Positions 55,701 through 64,000 of a DNA stretch of 64,000 nucleotides are shown one piece after another. How positions within the stretch are numbered: position 1 is the first letter of the stretch; each line of letters opens with the position of its first letter. Position numbers and translations under genes: made by a program. A model generated the notes under the pieces. It was not told the DNA's origin and searched no databases. It saw only the letters and a list, made by a program, of their open reading frames with translations. Origin of the DNA: Eledone cirrhosa (lineage: Eukaryota); contig OZ024741.1 of assembly GCA_964016885.1 (NCBI GenBank), positions 25,172,001 to 25,236,000 on the forward strand, written 5' to 3'.

Positions 55701-58700
55701 GGTACCAACAACAGTAGTGGTACCAACAACAGTAGTGGTACCCACAACAACAGTAGTGGTACCAACAACAACAGCAGTAGTGGTACCAACAACAACAGTA
55801 GTGGTACCAACAACAACAGTAGTGGTACCAACAACAGTAGTGGTACCAACAACAACAGTAGTGGTACCAACAACAGTAGTGGTACCAACAACAACAGTAG
55901 TGGTACCAACAACAGCAGTGGTACCAACAACAACAGTAGTGGTACCAACAACAACAATAGTGGTACCAACAACAACAGTAGAGGTACCAACAACAACAGT
56001 AGTGGTACCAACAACAGTAGTGGTACCAACAACAACAGTAGTGGTACCAACAACAGTAGTGGTACCAACAACAGTAGTGGTACCAACAACAGTAGTGGTA
56101 CCAACAACAACAGTAGTGGTACCAACAACAATAGTAGTGGTACCAACAACAACAGTAGTGGTACCAACAACAGCAGTGGTACCAACAACAACAGTAGTAG
56201 TACCAACAACAGTAGTGGTACCAACAACAACAGTAGTGGTACCAACAACAGTAGTGGTACCAACAACAGTAGCGGTACCAACGACAGTAGTGGTACCAAC
56301 AACAGTAGTGGTACCAACTACAGTAGTGGTACCAACAACAACAGTAGTGGTACCAACAACAGTAGCGGTACCAACAACAGTAGTGGTACCAACAACAGTA
56401 GTGGTACCAACAACAGTAGTGGTACCAACAACAACAGTAGTAGTACCAACAACAGTAGTGGTACCAACAACAGTAGTGGTACCAACAGCAACAGTAGTGG
56501 TACCAACAACAGTAGTGGTACCAACAACAGTAGCGGTACCAACGACAGTAGTGGTACCAACAACAGTAGTGGTACCAACAACAGTAGTGGTACCAACAAC
56601 AGTAGTGGTACCAACAACAACAGTAGTGGTACCAACAACAGTAGTGGTACCAACAACAGCAGTGGTACCAACAACAGTAGTGGTACCAACAACAGTAGTG
56701 GTACCAACAACAACAGTAGCGGTACCAACAACAGTAGTGGTACCAACAACAGTAGTGGTACCAACAACAGTAGTGGTACCAACAACAACAGTAGTAGTAC
56801 CAACAACAGTAGTGGTACCAACAACAACAGTAGTGGTACCAACAGCAACAGTAGTGGTACCAACAACAGTAGTGGTACCAACAACAGTAGCAGTACCAAC
56901 GACAGTAGTGGTACCAACAACAGTAGTGGTACCAACAACAGTAGTGGTACCAACAACAGTAGTGGTACCAACAACAACAGTAGTGGTACCAACAACAACA
57001 GTAGTGGTACCAACAACAGTAGTGGTACCAACAACAACAGTAGTGGTACCAACAGCAACAGTAGTGGTACCAACAACAGTAGTGGTACCAACAACAACAG
57101 TAGTGGTACCAACAACAGTAGTGGTACCAACAACAACAGTAGTAGTACCAACAACAACAGTAGTGGTACCAACAACAGTAGTGGTACCAACAACAGTAGT
57201 GGTACCAACAACAGCAGTGGTACCAACAACAACAGTAGTGGTACCAACAACAATAGTAGTGGTACCAACAACAGTAGTGGTACCAACAACAACAGTAATA
57301 GTACCAACAACAACAACAGTAGTGGTACCAACAACAGTAGTGGTACCAACAACAGTAGTGGTACCAACAACAACAGTAGTGGTACCAACAACAGTAGTGG
57401 TACCAACAACAACAGTAGTGGTACCAACAACAGTAGTGGTACCAACAACAACAGTAGTGGTACCAACAACAACAGTAGTGGTACCAACAACAGTAGTGGT
57501 ACCAACAACAACAGTAGTGGTACCAACAACAGTAGCGGTACCAACAACAGTAGTGGTACCAACAACAGTAGTGGTACCAACTACAGTAGTGGTACCAACA
57601 ACAACAGTAGTGGTACCAACAACAGTAGCGGTACCAACAACAGTAGTGGTACCAACAACAGTAGTGGTACCAACTACAGTAGTGGTACCAACAACAACAG
57701 TAGCGGTACCAACAACAGTAGTGGTACCAACAACAACAGTAGTGGTACCAACAACAGTAGTGGTACCAACAACAGTAGCGGTACCAACAACAGTAGTGGT
57801 ACCAACAACAGTAGCGGTACCAACAACAGTACTGGTACCAACTACAGTAGTGGTACCAACAACAACAGTAGTGGTACCAACAACAGTAGTGGTACCAACA
57901 ACAGTAGTGGTACCAACAACAACAGTAGTGGTACCAACAACAACAGTAGTGGTACCAACAACAACAGTAGTGGTACCAACAACAACAGTAGTGGTATGAA
58001 CAACAACAGTAGTTGTACCAACAACAACAGCAGTGGTACCAACAACAACAGTAGTGGTACCAACAACAACAGTAGTGGTACCAACAACAACAGTAGTGGT
58101 ACCAACAACAGTAGTGGTACCAACAACAACAGTAGTGGTACCAACAACAGCAGTGGTACCAACAACAACAGTAGTGGTACCAACAACAACAGTAGAGGTA
58201 CCAACAACAACAGTAGTGGTACCAACAACAGTAGTGGTACCAACAACAACAGTAGTGGTACCAACAACAGCAGTGGTACCAACAACAACAGTAGTGGTAC
58301 CAACAACAGTAGTGGTACCAACAACAGTAGTGGTACCAACAACAGTAGTGGTACCAACAACAACAGTAGTGGTACCAACAACAATAGTAGTGGTACCAAC
58401 AACAGTAGTGGTACCAACAACAACAGTAGTAGTACCAACAACAGTAGTGGTACCAACAACAACAGTAGTGGTACCAACAACAGTAGTGGTACCAACAACA
58501 GTAGTGGTACCAACAACAACAGTAGTGGTACCAACAACAGTAGCGGTACCAACAACAGTAGTGGTACCAACGACAGTAGTGGTACCATCAACAGTAGTGG
58601 TACCAACTACAGTAGTGGTACCAACAACAACAGTAGTGGTACCAACAACAGTAGCGGTACCAACAACAGTAGTGGTACCAACAACAGTAGTGGTACCAAC

Positions 58701-61700
58701 TACAGTAGTGGTACCAACAACAACAGTAGCGGTACCAACAACAGTAGTGGTACCAACAACAACAGTAGTGGTACCAACAACAGTAGTGGTACCAACAACA
58801 GTAGCGGTACCAACAACAGTAGTGGTACCAACAACAGTAGCGGTACCAACAACAGTAGTGGTACCAACTACAGTAGTGGTACCAACAACAACAGTAGTGG
58901 TACCAACAACAGTAGTGGTACCAACAACAGTAGTGGTACCAACAACAACAGTAGTGGTACCAACAACAGTAGTGGTACCAACAACAACAGTAGTGGTACC
59001 AACAACAACAGTAGTGGTATGAACAACAACAGTAGTTGTACCAACAACAACAGCAGTGGTACCAATAACAACAGTAGTGGTACCAACAACAACAGTAGTG
59101 GTACCAACAACAACAGTAGTGGTACCAACAACAGTAGTGGTACCAACAACAACAGTAGTGGTACCAACAACAGCAGTGGTACCAACAACAACAGTAGTGG
59201 TACCAACAACAACAGTAGAGGTACCAACAACAACAGTAGTGGTACCAACAACAGTAGTGGTACCAACAACAACAGTAGTGGTACCAACAACAGCAGTGGT
59301 ACCAACAACAACAGTAGTGGTACCAACAACAGTAGTGGTACCAACAACAGTAGTGGTACCAACAACAGTAGTGGTACCAACAACAACAGTAGTGGTACCA
59401 ACAACAATAGTAGTGGTACCAACAACAGTAGTGGTACCAACAACAACAGTAGTAGTACCAACAACAGTAGTGGTACCAACAACAACAGTAGTGGTACCAA
59501 CAACAGTAGTGGTACCAACAACAGTAGTGGTATCAACAACAACAGTAGTGGTACCAACAACAGTAGCCGTACCAACAACAGTAGTGGTACCAACGACAGT
59601 AGTGGTACCATCAACAGTAGTGGTACCAACTACAGTAGTGGCACCAACAACAACAGTAGTGGTACCAACAACAGTAGCGGTACCAACAACAGTAGTGGTA
59701 CCAACAACAGTAGTGGTACCAACTACTGTAGTGGTACCAACAACAACAGTAGTAGTACCAACAACAACAGTAGTGGTACCAACAACAGTAGTAGTACCAA
59801 CAACAACAGTAGTGGTACCAACAACAGTAGTGGTACCAACAACAGTAGTGGTACCAACAACAGCAGTGGTACCAACAACAACAGTAGTGGTACCAACAAC
59901 AATAGTAGTGGTACCAACAACAGTAGTGGTACCAACAACGGTAGTGGTACCAACAACAACAGTAGTGGTACCAACAACAACAGTAGTGGTACCAAAACAG
60001 TAGTGGCACCAACAACGGTAGTGGTACCAACAACAACAGTAGTGGTACCAACAACAGTAGTGGTACCAACTACAACAGTAGTGGTACCAACAACAGTAGT
60101 GGTACCAACAACAACAGTAGTGGTACCAACAACAACAGTAGTGGTACCAACAACAGTAGTGGTACCAAAAACAACAGTAGTGGTACCAACAACAGTAGTG
60201 GTACCAACAACAGTAGCGGTACCAACAACAGTAGTGGTACCAACAACAGTAGCGGTACCAACGACAGTAGTGGTACCAACAACAGTAGTGGTACCAACAA
60301 CAACAGTAGTGGTACCAACAACAGTAGTGGTACCAACAACAGTAGCGGTACCAACAACAGTAGTGTTACCAACAACAGTAGCGGTACCAACTACAGTAGT
60401 GGTACCAACAACAGCAGTGGTACCAACAACAACAGTAGTGGTACCAACAACAGTAGTGGTACCAACAACAGTAGTTGTACCAACAACAGTAGTGGTACCA
60501 ACAACAACAGTAGTGGTACCAATAACAGTAGTGGTACCAACAACAGTAGTGGTACCAACAACAACAGTAGTGGTACCAACAACAACAGTAGAGGTACCAA
60601 CAACAACAGTAGTGGTACCAACTACAGTAGTGGTACCAACAACAGTAGTGGTATCAACAACAACAGTAGTGGTACCAACAACAACAGTAGTGGTACCAAC
60701 AACAGTAGTGGTACCAACAACAGTAGTTGTACCAACAACAGTAGTGGTACCAACAACAACAGTAGTGGTACCAACAACAGTAGTGGTACCAACAACAGTA
60801 GTGGTATCAACAACAACAGTAGTGGTACCAACAACAGTAGTGGTACCAACAACAACAGTAGTGGTACCAACAACAACAGTAGTGGTACCAACAACAACAA
60901 CAGTAGTGGTACCAACAACAGTAGCGGTACCAACAACAGTAGTGTTACCAACAACAGTAGTGGTACCAACTACAGTAGTGGTACCAACAACAACAGTAGC
61001 GGTACCAACAACAGTAGTGGTACCAACAACAACAGTAGTGGTACCAACAACAGTAGTGGTACCAACAACAGTAGCGGTACCAACAACAGCAGTGGTACCA
61101 ACAACAGTAGCGGTACCAACAACAGTAGTGGTACCAACAACAGTAGTGGTACCAACTACAGTAGTGGTACCAACAACAACAGTAGTGGTACCAACAACAG
61201 TAGTGTTACTAAAAACAGTAGCGGTACCAACAACAGTAGTGGTACCAACAACAGTAGCGGTACCAACAACAGTAGTGGTACCAACAACAGTAGTGGTACC
61301 AACAACAACAGTAGTGGTACCAACTACAGTAGTGGTACCAACAACAGTAGTGGTACCAACAACAACAGTAGCGGTACCAACAACAGTAGCGGTACCAACA
61401 ACAGTAGTGGTACCAACAACAACAGTAGTGGTACCAATTACAGTAGTGGTACCAACAACAGTAGTGGTACCAACAACAACAGTAGTGGTACCAACTACAG
61501 TAGTGGTACCAACAACAGTAGTAGTACCAACAACAACAGTAGTGGTACCAACAACAACAGTAGTGGTACCAACTACAGTAGTGGTACCAACAACAGTAGT
61601 GGTACCAACAACAACAGTAGCGGTACCAACAACAGTAGTGGTACCAACAACAGTAGTGGTACCAACAACAACAACAGTAGTGGTACCAACAACAACAGTA

Positions 61701-64000
61701 GTGGTACCAACAACAGTAGTGGTACCAATAACAGTAGTGGTACCAACAACAACAGTAGTGGTACCAACAACAACAGTAGTGGTACCAACAACAACAGTAG
61801 TAGTAACAACAACAGTAGTAGAAACAACAACAGTAGTGGTACCAACAACAACAGTAGTGGTACCAACAACAACAGCAGTGGTACCAACAATAGTAGTGGT
61901 ACCAACAACAGTAGTGGTACCAACAACAACAACAGTAGTGGTACCAACAACAACAGTAGTGGTACCAACAACAGTAGTGGCACCAACAACAACAACAGTA
62001 GTGGTACCAACAACAACAGTAGTGGTACCAACAACAACAACAGTAGTGTTACCTACAACAACAGTAGTGGTACCAACAACAGTAGTGGTACCAACAACAA
62101 CAACAGTAGTGGTACCAACAACAACAGTAGTGGTACCAACAACAATAACAGTAGTGGTACCAACAACAACAACAGTAGTGGTACCAACAACAGTAGTGGT
62201 ACCAACAACAGTAGTGGTACCAACAACAACAGTAGTGGTACCAACAACAACAACAGTAGTGGTACCAACAACAAGAGTAGGGGTACCAACAACAATAGTA
62301 GTGGTACCAACACCAGTAGTGGTACCAACAACATCAGTAGTGGTACCAACAACAACAACAGTAGTGGTACCAACAACAACAGTAGTGGTACCAACAACAG
62401 TAGTGGTACCAACACTAATAGTAGTGGTACCAACAACAACAGTAGTGGTACCAACAACAACAGTAGTGGTACCAACAACAGTAGTGGTACCAACACTAAT
62501 AGTAGTGGTACCAACAACAACAGTAGTGGTACCAACAACAACAGTAGTGGTACCAACAACAGCATTGGTACCAACAACAACAGTAGTGGTACCAACAACA
62601 ACAGTAGTGGTACCAACAACAGTAGTGGTACCAACAGTAGTGGTACCAACAACAACAGTAATGGTACCAACAACAACAGTAATGGTACCAACAACAACAG
62701 TAGTGTTACCTACAACAACAGTAGTGGTACCAACAACAGTAGTGGTACCAACAACAACAACAGTAGTGGTACCAACAACAACAGTAGTGGTACCAACAAC
62801 AACAACAGTAGTGGTACCAACAACAGTAGTGATACCAACAACAACAGTAGTACCAACAACAACAGTAGTTGTACCAACAACAGTAGTGGTACCAACAACA
62901 ACAGTAGTGGTACCAACAACAGTAGTGGTACCAACAACAACAGTAGTGGTACCAACAACAACAGTAGTGGTACCAACAACAGTAGTGGTACCAACAACAG
63001 TAGTGGTACCAACAACAGTAGTGGTACCAACAACAATAGTAGTGGTACCAACAACAGTAGTGGTACCAACAACAACAGTAGTGGTACCAACAACAGTAGT
63101 GGTACCAACAACAACAGTAGTGTACCAACAACAGTAGTGGTACCAACAACAACAGTAGTGGTACCAACAACAGTAGTGGTACCAAAAACAACAGTAGTAC
63201 CAACAACAAGAGTAGTGGTACCAACAACAGTAGTGGTACCAACAACAACAGTAGTGGTACCAACAACAACAGTAGTGGTCCCAACAACAGCAGTGGTACC
63301 AACAACAACAGTAGTGGTACCAACAACAACAGTAGTGGTACCAACAACAGTAGTGGTACCAACAACAACAGTAGTGGTACCAACAACAGTAGTGGTACCA
63401 ACAACAACAGTAGTGTACCAACAACAGTAGTGGTACCAACAACAACAGTAGTGGTACCAACAACAGTAGTGGTACCAACAACAACAGTAGTACCAACAAC
63501 AAGAGTAGTGGTACCAACAACAGTAATGGTACCAACAACAACAGTAGTGGTACCAACAACAGTAGTGGTACCAACAACAACAGTAGTGGTCCCAACAACA
63601 GCAGTAGTGGTACCAACAACAGTAGTGGTACCAACAACAACAGTAGTGGTACCAACAACAGTAGTGGTACCAACAACAACAGTAGTGTACCAACAACAGT
63701 AGTGGTACCAACAACAGTAGTGGTACCAACAACAACAGTAGTGGTACCAACAACAACAGTAGTGGTACCAACAACAGTAGTGGTACCAACAACAACAGTA
63801 GTGGTACCAACAACAGTAGTGGTACCAACAACAACAGTAGTGTACCAACAACAGTAGTGGTACCAACAACAACAGTAGTGATACCAACAACAGTAGTGGT
63901 ACCAACAACAACAGTAGTACCAACAACAAGAGTAGTGGTACCAACAACAGTAGTGGTACCAACAACAACAGTAGTGGTACCAACAACAACAGTAGTAGTA
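31745..64000. repeat. Triplet-phased minisatellite CCA(ACA)2-4GTAGTGGTA (18/21/24-bp units), roughly 1600 units, truncated by the right window edge
   Basis: Continuous array. Most units carry the palindrome TGGTACCA (KpnI site GGTACC). Unit length varies by whole ACA or GTG triplets. The start is degenerate at 31745-31800. Confidence 0.99.
39300..53500. repeat. ~7.1-kb tandem higher-order duplication inside the minisatellite (boundaries approximate)
   Basis: Rare variants recur at matching offsets: GTAGAGCTAC 40001/47101, CGAAAAACAG 40531/47631, GAAGCGGT 44068/51228, AACGGTAGTGGTATC 46101/53321. Identical track ORFs occur at 42580/49740 and 43097/50257. Confidence 0.9.

Noticed and set aside
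31764-63989. Giant poly-Leu, Cys/Trp/Tyr/His-rich, Asn/Ser-rich and mucin-like ORFs as real genes
   Set aside because: They overlap in up to five frames, begin and end at repeat variants, have no unique domains, and follow automatically from a stop-free triplet-phased unit.

Overview
Repeat-dominated eukaryotic (animal) DNA. The SINE and transposon-end sequences resemble octopus/cephalopod repeats, but this is recalled, not searched. About 95% of the window is two large tandem arrays: an AT-rich 49-bp satellite (1-~28912, open at the left edge) and an 18/21/24-bp CCA(ACA)nGTAGTGGTA minisatellite (~31745-64000, open at the right edge). Both show nested kb-scale higher-order duplications. Between them is a ~2.85-kb island with a decayed restriction-like endonuclease fragment of a CRE-type non-LTR retrotransposon, an 80-bp minisatellite, a possible short terminal exon, two tRNA-derived SINE copies and a probable non-autonomous Helitron. 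The long ORFs in the track are by-products of a triplet-phased repeat with five stop-free frames. No intact gene, CRISPR array or new multi-gene system is supported. The most interesting signal is that the 49-bp monomer looks like an amplified TTAA-CCC (piggyBac-like) transposon terminus, with a diverged inverted relative inside the neighbouring 80-bp repeat.
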